A DNA stretch of 64,000 bases from assembly GCA_965202585.1 (NCBI GenBank), contig OZ241833.1, positions 22,258,001 to 22,322,000 on the forward strand, given 5' to 3'. Source of the DNA: Thalia democratica (taxonomy: Eukaryota). The position numbers and the translations under genes were made by a program. This document shows positions 1-12,900 of the stretch, in pieces; position 1 is the stretch's first letter, and every line of letters starts with the position of its first letter. Under the pieces are notes generated by a model. That model was not told the origin of the DNA. It did no database searches and worked only from the letters and a program-made list of their open reading frames with translations.

Positions 1-3000
1 GTGACTTTAGACATTCAAACATTCATATTAAAACATTTAAGGTTTAACAAACAAAAAAAAATATATATATGAAAGACACCATTTAGTTACAGCTGAATTT
101 TTAGTTTCCGCACTTTTTGAAAATGATTATTACATTTGCAAGCTTTAAACTTTTAACTACTAAAGTATTACGCTTATTGACTGACTACATAGACCAAAAA
201 AAAAAGATAATGCAAAATATTTAAAATACTAAGAATGAAAACAAAAGCTCTGAAAATTTACATATTAAAACACTACGCATGGAAAGCAAACAACTTGAAT
301 TATTTACTAATCATATTATAAATTTATTTGCAGCAAACTTTATTAGCTCCACTCTCTGGCCACCTATGAGATTGCAAAGTGCTTAAAAAATCATGACTTT
401 TACTTAGTTTTCCAGCTTTGGCTAACTAAAAACAATTCATATAAATTAAAACTCTAAAAAAAAGGTTGGGCTTAAAAGTGTTTGGCTAAAATACACAACA
501 AATGTTTTACTTACGCTAGTAACAATGTTTAAACAAATATGTAAAGCATGCATGCAAATAAACAGTTTAAAATAAACCAAAAGTTTAAAGTGCTATGTCT
601 TTCATTTTGTTTATAATAGTTGAACAACTTTCTAAAAATAGAAAGGTTTATTATCTTGTTGTTTATTTGTTCTGATAGTGTATCTTCAAAAAACATTTTA
701 AAAAAGTATTAAAAAATTGAAATTAAAAGTGTTTTGAATGTTTGTTTGTTTTTAATTTAAAAATTGATCGTTTATTATAAATGTTTGAACAATTGATTTT
801 AACTTGATTAAGTAATTAAAAAATGTGTAAAATTGCTACTGAAGTAACAAAAAAATTTATTTGTATATTTCAAAAAATAAAGTTTCCAAAGTTTAAAGCG
901 ACTATTTTCCTTTTTTATTTTTTAGTTTTATCATTTTAGAAGAGAGATTGGCAGTTACAAAAAGTTACAAACTAATCTTTTTCCTTAAAACATACAAACA
1001 CTAGTTGTGCTAAAAGCTAGTAAACACTTTTATGTTTAAAAATTATATGTCATTAGTCAGCAGTACTATTAAACTTAGTATAAATGCATTATAAAACTAA
1101 GAAACAAAAGTCTTTATAAAAATAAAAATTGATACAAAACTTCTTTATTTGAACAAAACATGGTACTGCATATTTACAAAAACGTACTTAGCTGCTTGCC
1201 TGTAAAGCATAGTTGTTAGATTTAAGTTAGTTAAAAGCCACACACGTTGAAGCAAACCAACTTTTAACATAGCAGCATTAGCGTTCTAGTTTATAGTATA
1301 ATCATTTTTGTGACCGCTAATTAAGTTATAAAGTTTGTAGGTTTGTTTTACTAGTTAAAACAGTAAGTAAAATGACCTCTAAAAAATAAAACGATTTAAA
1401 TTTAATTTTTGTCAAAATGCTACTGAGTTGATAAACACATACAAATCATATAGCTTAGATAGTCATTACTAAAATCAAACATATAAACAAAAACATTTTC
1501 CTTGGTAAAAAAAGTTTGTTTGTGTGTTGTCCTCATCAGTTAATCATAACAACCTTTTATTCGTCAATGTAACTTTTTATATTGTTTTTATCGATACTTA
1601 TAGCTATAGCCTTAGAGTTATCACTTTTTACATTTACAAAAGCCCCTTTCCTTTTACAGAGTCCCAAATAATTTCTTAAAAGCTAGCTTAAAAGCTAAAA
1701 GTAGGGCTAAAGAAAATAAACAAACTGCCAAAAACATTATTAAAAATTAGGTTAAAGTATTTTTAAAAAAACTAAAATACTTTTGTGTTTCACTATAATT
1801 TAATGCTTTGCAATTTTAAAATGAATCAGTTTAAAAGTAAAAAAAAATATTTTGTTAACCATCACCTACTTTAATTAATCGATAAAGAGTTTAAACAATG
1901 TGTTCTTAAAAATCTAACAGTTTTAGCAGTATAATTTTTGATCAGCGGTCGGAAAATTCTTCTAACGACTAAATTGTTCTTAAAACAATTTGTACAAAAA
2001 ATCCTATTTTAACCATTTTAAACCATTTTTCTTAATCTATATTTACAAAAATTTCATTTTTGTAATTTTTTTGAACTTATATATTTTATCAGTAAGCAAT
2101 AACTTTTTTAAATTAATTTTCAATTTAATTTTGTTCTTTGAGCGTTTTTTTTTTTTGGTCGTTCAAACACTTAAATAAAAAGTTCCCGAGAGATTATGTT
2201 TATTTAAAGGTGCTGCCGACCAGAGCTCCCATTTTCAGTAAACCGCTCCCAATTTAATAAAAACTATTGAGCACTTCAAAGTTTAAACAAAAAAACGTGC
2301 TTAAAAATTCAGTGTTGAAAATTTATTATTTTTGAAAACTCTCTTTCCGAATACTTCATTACAACAATGAAAACGTTTGAAAATTTATTAAAAGTTTAAA
2401 ATCAGTATTTAAATATTTAATGTATCCAAAAGGTATTTTTAAGAGGTAGGTAAACATTTAATAAAAGATTTAATCGACTTAAGATAAATTAACTTTATAA
2501 TATAAGTTTCAATTCTATTTACCAACAAATGCGTAACAACAGTTATTAGAAAAACAAAACTTTACTAAGCTTTCAAAAAAATGAACAAACAAAACGAAGT
2601 CAAACAAGTTAAAAATATTAATCTTAGACATAGTATAAAATTATAGTACTTAAAAAATTATATTCATCTTGAACTTGCTACAAATTTAGAAACATTATTA
2701 CATATTCTTCTCCTTTTAAAAATTTCAAACAAACATCTATTAAACTTAAAACAAACTATACTAAAATTTTATTAACAATGTTGACAATTTATAATTATAA
2801 TTGTGTTATTTTAAATTGTATAGAAAAGTGTTTGTTATATATTGTTTGATTAACGTTTTGTTTGAAGAGAACGCTTGAGCTCAGACTAGCGGATGAAAAA
2901 AACTGTCGATTCAGTAAGTATTTATGCGTAAACCAATTACTAGGTGAGAAGTAGAAAATGAATTTATTTCAAACAATTTATTTGTAGTTTTAGCGTAAAT

Positions 3001-4496
3001 GAAAAAATAAGTAAGTCTTAAAATTTTAAGTTTAAAAAAATCAATTTAATGTTTTGCTATAAGAATTTTATTTATGTGAAAGTGTGCAATGTTAGGCTTT
3101 AAAATAGTTTTTGTTATATAAAAATTTTAGTAAACATTTTCAAAAAGTCTTTATTTGAAACTATAGTAAAACTAAAATAAACTTAAAAAAAAACACTAGA
3201 CTTGATTTATTTTTAGGCTAATAGTGTAAATTGATTAAGTTATGTTATTAGTCAACTTTATAATATTAAGTATACAACCTATATTTAAACATATACATAT
3301 ATGTAATTTTATAAGTTTAGGTATTTCTGTACCTCATTTTTAGTTGGTCTATTTGTCTTGTACAATATTTTTTAAATGGGATCATTGTTAGATATTTTTA
3401 GCAACTTTAAAAACTAATATTAACAAATGAAGCTTTAATATTTAAAAGTCTTTTAAGTCAAACTTATCTATAATTTTTACTTCAAATCTAAAATTATTTA
3501 TTTGTTTAGTTTAAAATAACAAACCTTATTTATCAGCCTTGTTTTAAAAACATTCTTTCCTGCCTTTTAATAATACTTTAAATATTTTTGAAAATCTATA
3601 TATCAAGGCTTGCTCAAATTGTTAATTTTAAGTTTTAAGTAAAAATACCGGAACAAATTTCAAAGAATGGTAGCTCTAAAAAGCAGTTTAAAGACTTTAT
3701 ATCAGTTTTTCTACCGTGTTGATCTGATATTTTATGACATTTTGTTTTTACTTTTGTAAATTAATTACACATTATAAGCAAGTTATCAGAGACGTTATCA
3801 TAATTTTTAGATGTTCTCAAAATCTATACATTTTCTACTAAAACAAGTTTGTTTAACTAAAAATTATAAACCTCTGATAGCAGACTACTAAGTAAGGTCG
3901 TCTCTTAATTATAAAAAACTTCAGGTAGACTCAGACTTTAAAAAATTCTTAAACTTGAAAAAGTAAAACTTGTAACTCTATTATCTGACAAAATAATCCT
4001 AACACTTTTTATAAAGCCTACAACTTCAAAACCATTGAAAAAAATATTTTGAAGGTAGCAGATTAGACTTTTTTTACCAACAATATACACTCACACGGTT
4101 GCAAGTTAAATTAATACTTCTCAATTTTATTTTTTACGTTTATGCTTAACAAGAAAATACTTAACACATCCTCATTTATATTAATTTTAACTTAACAGCA
4201 CAATTTTTATGTACAACAAATATTGAGTTTTTGATTGTTTTTTTCTTAGTTGTTTGTTTAGTAAGAAGCAACAAAACCTGAACGATCAATGAGCTGTAAA
4301 ATTTTGAAACGTTTTTTAGGGAATGTGTATATGTAATTATGCCAATGATAGCCTGCAATTATCATGGTCAAAATTTGTATTTATTGGTTTAAAGACTTAT
4401 TATTTTTTATTTCACTGTTTTTTGATAGTATTTAAAATGTTGTAATAGTGTATATGAAAATTTTCACGTATTTTTGTTTTATTTATTTCACTGAAC

Positions 4497-4570
4497 TTAT
4501 ACACCAGGTCCTTAGACCAAACTTTTTGAGCGCTTTTTTATTGTTCAATAAACAATAAACTAAATAAAAT
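4497..4570 (+). repeat. Interspersed SINE-like repeat, 3' part (copy 1)
   Basis: CACCAGGTCCTTAGACCAAACTTTTTGAGCGCTTTTTT core followed by an AATAAAC-repeat tail; homologous to four other copies. Confidence 0.75.
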
Positions 4571-6803
4571 ATATAGTCTGCGTATCTTATAATAATGCGG
4601 TCCGACAGATAGCAACGTTTAGTTTCCCTGGCTAAAAAGATGTTAAACTTACTTTGAAAGATATTAATAGAACTTACTTTCTTGTTCAACATAGTTGTTT
4701 TAAGATGATTTTTCAAAAGACTTTAAAAGCTCCCATATTAGTAAAAAAAAAACTTATAAAAGTCATTTATAAGAGAGAAACTTGTTAGACACTATTAGTT
4801 TTAATATAAAGTATATATTCAAAGCTAGTATCAAGGTTTTTTTTTTACAAAATAAAAAGTTACAAAACAGTTAGTATTATTTTAAAGTTATATTTTTTTA
4901 AGTCATGCTCATATAAAATTATATATAGTTAAAAAACCAAATAAGTTAATTAAGCTGCTTTTGTCTCAACTTATTCATATTTTTAAATACTATATCGAAA
5001 CAAGCTTTTAAGCAAAAACGAATTCACGAAAAATATGTCAATTATGTGACTTTAGTGATCTTTGTAAAAAAAAGTTACATAATCTGCAGTGAAATGGTAT
5101 GGCTTATTTATTTAGTTAATTTGGTTGAAGCTAAACTGTCTTGTTCGGTAAAGTTTGGTTTTAAAAATTAATAAAAATAGGTTTAAATAATAATAAAATA
5201 TTATGAGCAGTTATGGTTAACCTTAAAAAAACGGCGGATAAACGTAAAATTTACTTACTAATGAAGTTAATTAACATGAACTGACTACAAAACGCAGTGC
5301 AGTGAATACTAACAAGATTAATAACTTTTATCGTCGTAAAGTTTTAATAAAAATAAAAAACTTAAGTTGTTTTCTTTTGACCTAGCTATGTGATCTTTGT
5401 ATACTTGTTTTTTTTTTTTTGCCTATCTATTAGTAATATCGAATTATCTGTTAGTATAAAGCCTGTTATAGACTTACATAACTGTTCTTAACCCTAGGTA
5501 CTACTTTAAACAAAAATAAAACACATACTTTGTAGCTACTTTTTAGTTGATAAACAATATTTAAGTAAAATTTCAACCAAGTTTGCCAAAATCACGTATA
5601 AATACTTCTTGGTCAGCTGTTAAAATTCAAATCTAAGGTATAATAAAATTATTTCTAAAGGTTTTCTAATTTTTTTATAAGTTAGTTTTCCAGCTAATTT
5701 TGTAAACTTATGCGGTAAAAGTAAGTTCTTGTTACTCATGCTGTAGCCGAAACGTTTACTTTTCGTTTGTTATAAATTAAAAGATTACTTTTATAACTGA
5801 TGTAGATGTAATTATAAAACTAGTCAGGGTAGAAGCGCGCAATTTGACAGACGAAATTGGATTAGTAAATAGTATTTTTTTAAATATTATGAAACAAAAA
5901 GATTTGTATCATAATTTGTATGAGAATTAAAATAGATTTAGATTGCATAACCAAGTTTCAAAAAATACGTTTAAAAAAATAAGTTTAAAAAATTAGTTAT
6001 TTAATTTTACGTACATAAAATTACACACATTGTTTACAAAATAAAACCACTGTACATTTATTTATCGATTATTTTAAAATACTCTTTAATTTTTAAACAG
6101 AAAAAACAACAAGTAAAATTTTTGGCCACTATTTTACGTAAAAGTATAAACAATCTTAAAAATTGATATTTTAATTAAAACAACTAATAGTCTTTAAAAT
6201 GTTGCAAAAAATTCCACACTTAAATTTTTTTTATAGAATGATAGAAGAAAACGTAAAATGATATGTTGTTCAAAACTTTGTAGACGATAAAAAAAAGTTT
6301 CATGCTAAATATGCAGTATAATTAAAAGAAAAACATTTGAAAAACTTACTAAAATTTAAAAACGGAAAGTCAAACAAACAAGTACACTTAAAAATTAAAT
6401 TGTTTAAAATAAATTAAAAAATTCATAGTGTATAATGGAATAGAAAGTCTGGAATACACACAGTCGTAGAGAATGTTACAGAATTTGAGTTCAAAACTTT
6501 AGAATGCTCATAGTAAGAAACTTTAGAATGTAAAACTTTCTAATAATACAGACGAATACAATTGGTCAAAAAAATATAAAAAGGTGATGACAAAGCTGAC
6601 CATTAAATCAGCAATGCGTTTCTCAATCAAAACTAATATTTTGAGCCTTTCAACCTTTATTTTCACCCGTAAAGAATTCCAAATTAAACGATGGCCTAGC
6701 CTTGCAGCTCTTAAATTTCAGTCAAAACAACAGTTAGCTATTTACAGTCTGTAAAAATGTCTATTCAAGTAAACTACCGAAAAAAACCTTCAAAAGACCA
6801 ACT

Positions 6804-6995
6804 CTATTCTTTGGGCTGACCACTGACGTTGTCTTTCGAGTTTGTGACGTCATTGTCAAGGTTGCTGCTTCTTCTGTTCATCGATGACGTCAGCAGCGAG
6901 TTTATGCCCGAGTCGGTGGAGGAGCGCTTCTCGCCGGACGTGATGACGTAAACTGGCGAAACTGACGCGTCGGTGGCGCAATCGGGGTTGACGTT
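6804..6995 (-). CDS. GPCR terminal exon ([35 protein letters not shown]...GQPKE*)
   Basis: CpG-rich island, tttctcgcag acceptor, Ser/Thr-rich tail ending in TAG at 6806-6804; AATAAA on the minus strand at 6656-6661. Confidence 0.8.
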   Translation of the reverse strand, partial: NVNPDCATDASVSPVYVITSGEKRSSTDSGINSLLTSSMNRRSSNLDNDVTNSKDNVSGQPKE

Positions 6996-9900
6996 CTGCG
7001 AGAAAGTTTTTCGTGAAATTAAAATATTTAAGTAGTTAGCTAATCAGGACTTTATGATAACTTATTTTTGATATAGCACTTTTTGCTTGTAATTACAAAC
7101 GAGTTTTACTTAACAAAAAAAATCGATGTTTATTTATATGTTTAAAGTTTATATAAAAGATTAAGATTTTTTGACTTACGCAGTTTTTAACTTTATTTAC
7201 TATAATTTTAAGAAAAGTGAGTTTAACCTAAAGTTTTTTATCGATATGGTAACATATTTTTATTCTACAAAAAAGGTTTCTATTGCTAACGGAAGCTTTT
7301 ATTATTTTTAGAACTACGATTAAGAAAGACTAACAAAAACAAGTACGTTTGATTTTTATTATATTTTTGTTAAGTTTTTACTACTGTAAAGCTAAAAACT
7401 GTTTTTACCTAATTTTTAGAACTTAACTTTTTTTTAGATAAAAAGAAAAAAAAAATTAAATATTTCGTTAAACATAATTTTTTTATAGCTTATTAAATAT
7501 TCAATAAAATGAATAAACGAGTTTTTACAAAAATGCTAGTGTTTAAGAAAAAAATTCAACAAACCTTGTTTATAAGTGGTTCATTTTCATAAATTTGAGC
7601 ATTTTCAATGTCAAAAGTACATTTTTTGTCACTAATAACTTTTATAGAGCTTTTCTCTTTGTCAGCATCGATGTCCTGTTTATAGATTTTTTTGTTTTAA
7701 AAGTCTTAAAGTTTATTTTTGTAAAAATATCAATTTGAAATGTTATATTTTTTTTAACTGCTAGTCTTTCTGACTAATTTTAAAAATGTTTCTTAGCCAT
7801 TTAGTTCATTGCGGTGTCTATTGTTTTAAAAACAAACTTCTTTCAAAGGAGATTTTTCGACGTTCGTTTCGTCCAGCTCATCGTACTTGCTCATTCGTTT
7901 GTTCTGCGGGCTCGCCATGGAACGCAGCTAAAACGGAAACAAAGTTAAAACTAATTCGATCAAACATACTTCAGACGACTGAGCGAATTCAATTAAAGCA
8001 AAACAACAGACATCTCTGTTCGTTACACAACTGAAGTTTAACCACCGTTCGCTAGTATTTTAGACTGCAAACTTTCTTTTGAGTTCAAATATAAAAAGTA
8101 TATTTTTGAAATTTATTTGTTAAAGAAAGGTTATGTATGTTTTGCAAGCACACACCGGGAAGTTGGAGGCGGAGGTGCTCATGTTGGTCATGTAAGTGTT
8201 GGAGGGCCTTGTCGATACGCGCTGGTTTCTCTGAATCTGACACGTGGTCTTTATCAGGTGCCAACTTCTCTTCAGCTCGCCAAGCACCTGTGAAACATCA
8301 AACGTGTTTTTTTTTCTAAAGTGACAAAGCAATACTTTTTAAAATTTGTAGTAAAACTTCTACTTTAGACTTGATTAAACAAACGGGTTGAAATCAAAAC
8401 TTTGTAAGTTGATCGAACAATTGAAAAAAAGTTCTGGTTTGCAGTTGTTTTATTACATGTTTATAGTACTAGTAGCTAGTCAACGTAGAAAGGTTTTTTT
8501 ACTAGTGCAAATGTACAAAATTAATACATCACTTTTATTTCACGTTTATAGCATGTCAGATAAGTTATTTTTATTGCACAAAGTATTTAGAATGATTAAA
8601 TAAAGTATTTTAATAACCTTTACATTAAGTAAATCAGTTTATATATACACGGTTTTAATATTTTCGTTAAAACTTTCTATCATATTTAAGAATTTTTTAA
8701 AAAAACTTGCATTGTAAACAACAATAAATTTTTACAAACAAGTTACTGGAAAACTTAAAAAGATTAAAAATGTTTTTTAGTTCTGATAAAAAAATCAGAG
8801 AAGGTTAACATTGACAAGTTGTTAGTATAAAGCTTATACATACATCTTAGAAAAAAAAATTTGCAAGGTTTTTAAACAGTGACAGGCCGATAATATAAAA
8901 TATATATGTATTTATTTATTTTTTAATTAAGTCATTGTGTAAGCTCTTGGTGTTCTAAAAAACTAAATGTCATTATTTTAATTTTAGAATCATAGAAATT
9001 TTACATATCAAGTGCGTAAATTTTTAGTCAAAGTTATAAAAATAACAGTCATTGACATTTAAATATAGTAAGTAAAACATAGTTTATATCAACGATAAGT
9101 ATTCCTACAAGATTTTTTTTTGCAAATTAATTTTAGTTTGTAAAATATCATCCAAACTTGTTCTAACTATCATTGATGTAATAAAGTTATTAAAAAAAAT
9201 GTTGCTGGTCTTATATAGCTCTAAATAAAAATGGTTGAAAATTTTAAACCATCTCGTACTTTTTTAGAAGGGTTCTAATCCCACAAGAAAAGTTTAAACA
9301 CAGGAATTTTTAAAAAATTCTTGCTAAAACGTAAGTTTTTTATGCTTGATAAGAACTTAAAAGCGTAAATACAAACATTTTGAACTTTTTATTAACCTAG
9401 TAAAATATGTCAGTTATTACAGTTAATTTTTTTATTCAACTTTTACGATCATGGAAATATCAAACATATTAGATCTAGGTATTTCTACAGCAAAACTTAA
9501 GTCATATTTTACCCAATTAAAATTATAAAATTTTACATACCTCTCCATTTATAAAGCAGTAGATGATAGCAACGAAGAAACCCTGTTAACAAAAATGTTA
9601 CTCATTTTTCATCAATTTATAACAAAAAAAAAGTTAAATTTAAAATTTAATTTAAAGTTTTTGAATACACTTCAAAGTTTACTCAAACTTTGTAAACTTA
9701 AATATATAATAGACATTCTCAAATCGAATCTTATATCTTTGAAAAACAAGCGTCATTTGTTGTATATTTTAAACATAATGTATGTTACTTCTTATATCCT
9801 TAAAACTCACAGCAGTACATACTTTTAAAATTAAAATTTATTTTATCTTCCAAAACAAAATACTTTCCTTAAGTATCTGCAACAGTATGGATACTATAAA

Positions 9901-12900
9901 AATCTAACAATGCAATAATAACCTGAAAAGAGTCGAAGAACAATTCAAGGTACATTCTGATTTCCCACACGATTCCGGTCGAGCTGTCGGGTATTGCCCT
10001 AAATATGATCGCGTGAACACCGAACATCGGAATCAGAACCAGGGTTGACCTAGCCAGTTTTCTGAAAGTTTTTTTTGATGGTTTATTTTTCTTAAAATGA
10101 AAAATGCAAAACTTTTTTCACAAAATAGAATTAATGAACAATTAGTCTTAATGTACAAAACCATAGTGTACATATTTTTTTAAAGTTAAAATCTTACTTG
10201 TACTGGTTTCCAATTTCAGGGTGGTTGCATCCACCCGCATACCGCAGTTTGTACCACAGAACCCTCACGATGTTCACAAATAGCAAAAAGTTTACCTGAA
10301 ATTGTAACAGAGTTTCGAGAAAAGTTATAGTTCACGAGCCGAACATATCTGCCTATTGTTTATGTACGCAATATTTTTCAAGAAGAAAATATTTAATTAT
10401 AATTTCAGAACCAAACGTTTTCAATGTTTCAAAATTTCTAGTTTAGTTAACAATATTTCGAAACTATAAAAAGTTGATAAGCATCAAACACATTTTCAGT
10501 ATTTTTATATGTTTTATTAAGCGTTTATAACCTTAATGTATGTTATGTTAGTGCAGGTTTTACAAGCGTTTTAGAGTTTTTTGGTTGAGTTTCTTGTAAA
10601 ATAGTTTGGCTTACTATTTTTCAAACTGATTATGTTTCTTGAGTAACAGTTAACAAAAATATTTCTAAATAACAATCACTTTATTTATAACATAATTGTA
10701 TCTTAGTACTTAAAAATAAAGTGCAAATTACTTGTTTAAAAGAAAATTCTCATTTTTTTGTTTTAATTGGTTAATAGAAAACAGCAGCTGCAGCTTAAAA
10801 GCAGAAAAATCAGCAATCAGCTTCACAAGTGGGTATTAGATGGCAGCTTTCATTGTTAGCAGCACGAAATTCAAAAGCACCACTTGAAAACTTTTAGGGC
10901 AGTTTTCTAAAGAAAAACCTATTCTGCTCTTTTTAAATCTCAACCTTTACTTTTTGAGCCGAGTGCTTACTGCTAAATTGGTTTTAATTGAATAGAATCA
11001 GTAAAAATAAGATGCAGTGTGTTTAAAAGAATAAAAATTAAAATCTGTTCAAAGTTAAAGTATTTTATTTTCTTAATAAAAAAATATTTTAAAGGTTTTA
11101 GTTAGCTTAATTAAACTAATACTTGTCATCAACAAAACACAAAAAAAAAGAATAGTAAAGACTTAATGTTTTGCTAATTTAAGAATAAAAACAATGTGAA
11201 TTTCAATAGAAACTATTTTGTTCCTCAAAATAACCTCATAAACCAGCACGTCAATTGATTAACACAGAGTCACGTGGGAGAAACATTTTATTTTAAAATT
11301 AAATTCAGTCTTAACAACAAAAACTTCAATAAAATTTAAAACATTTAAAATACACAAACTTTAGCTTTTTATTTTTCTGAAACTAGTTTAATCAAATATT
11401 TTGAGCATAGTTTCAGCACTTACCAGATAAAACACAGTGTTAACTTTAACAGAATCAATAAAATTTAAATTTTTTGTTTGTTAATTTGTTTTTAAAACTT
11501 TAATACTTTTAAATCTAAGCTGCATCAAACTAAACTTGAAGTTTAAATTTAAGTATTAAAATGTTTCAACTTTGAAATGTAAAATCTAAAAAAACGTGAG
11601 TTTAATTTGTAAATCTTATTGCGCAAAGAAAACAGAAAATAAACAATGACTTACGAAATTAGCAGCTATGATTGGTCCGTTGAACAGCCAATCATGTAGT
11701 CCTGATTCTACGTTCCAGCACAGGTCTTTGCTTAAATTATAGTTATTGTTTAGAATAGTTGTTACTTTTTAAACTTAAAAAATTACAACTGTTATGACAT
11801 ACTGTTTAGAAAAGATTTCATTGACCAGAGACCAAGGTACTACAAACAGTAGAGGCAAACCTGTATTTATAAGAGATGGTTTTTAAACAGACAATAAAAA
11901 TAATTAATTAATAAAGTTCCAAGCAATATAAATTACAACTAAATTTTGCTTTAAAAACAATATATACTTTACTTGTTTAACTAAGACAAAACACTATTTT
12001 GCACAACTTATTTAAATGTGTAAAAAAAGCTCAAAGTTACATAAAAAAATCATAGTGCTCTTTGTTTCTTAAGCTAGCTAAAGTCGTGAAATACTTTTTA
12101 TTGAGAAAATTCTTAAAATTCATTTAACTCCGGTACAAAAGTACTGTTATTGGTATTTTTACATTAAACTCAAACACCACAGCATAAAAAGCAACACAAT
12201 TAAAAAGTGAGTGAACCAATTTGGTTGCATCTAATGAATACTTAAAGTTAAGCCTTCAAAGTAATCTGAGGATACGGTTTTTAACCATTTAAAATCAAAC
12301 CGCCAAACAACACGAACTGACCCCAGCCTATCAGTACGAAGCGCAGCATGTACTTTTTTTCCGCGAAGAAAGTAACGAAAATCAAACAGTGGAGGTAGAT
12401 TCCTTCAACGAGGATCCAAAAGTAGTTTGTAGCCACGAAGAAGTGGTAAAGACTCACCACAATTTTGCATGCTTTCTGTAATATTACTGTTTTTACTATT
12501 AGTATTAAGCTTAGTAATTAAAATTTTATACTTTGCAGTTATTAAGTAAAAGTGAAGTATCTATCTACCTGTTTATAAAATGCATCAAACTATATTCTTT
12601 TTTTTATATGTTGTAAACTAAAACTAAGCAAGTAGTTGTATTTGCTAATAACAATAAGTTTTTTATAAATACTAACAACTCAAAATAGTTATGGCTTTAG
12701 AACAACATAAAATTGTTTTTAGGTAAGAGCTGTACAAAAATACTTTTATAGAAACTTTTTTGCTCTTTAAATTATCCATGTTACTGGTTTAGGCAGCAAC
12801 TACTTAATAAAGGTAAAAGTATTGATCTTTTGAAAAATCAATTTTAAACTTGATGTGTCTATATATGATTTTTGGAAAACTTTTAGTTAAAGTATTTTTA

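Noticed and set aside
2870-2925. Possible plus-strand exon with GTAAGT donor
   Set aside because: No partner exon or coding signal could be linked to it.
1990-9828. Short F/L/K/I-rich ORFs (1990, 4176, 4483, 8388, 9595 and similar elsewhere)
   Set aside because: Composition reflects AT-rich non-coding DNA; no motifs or coding bias.
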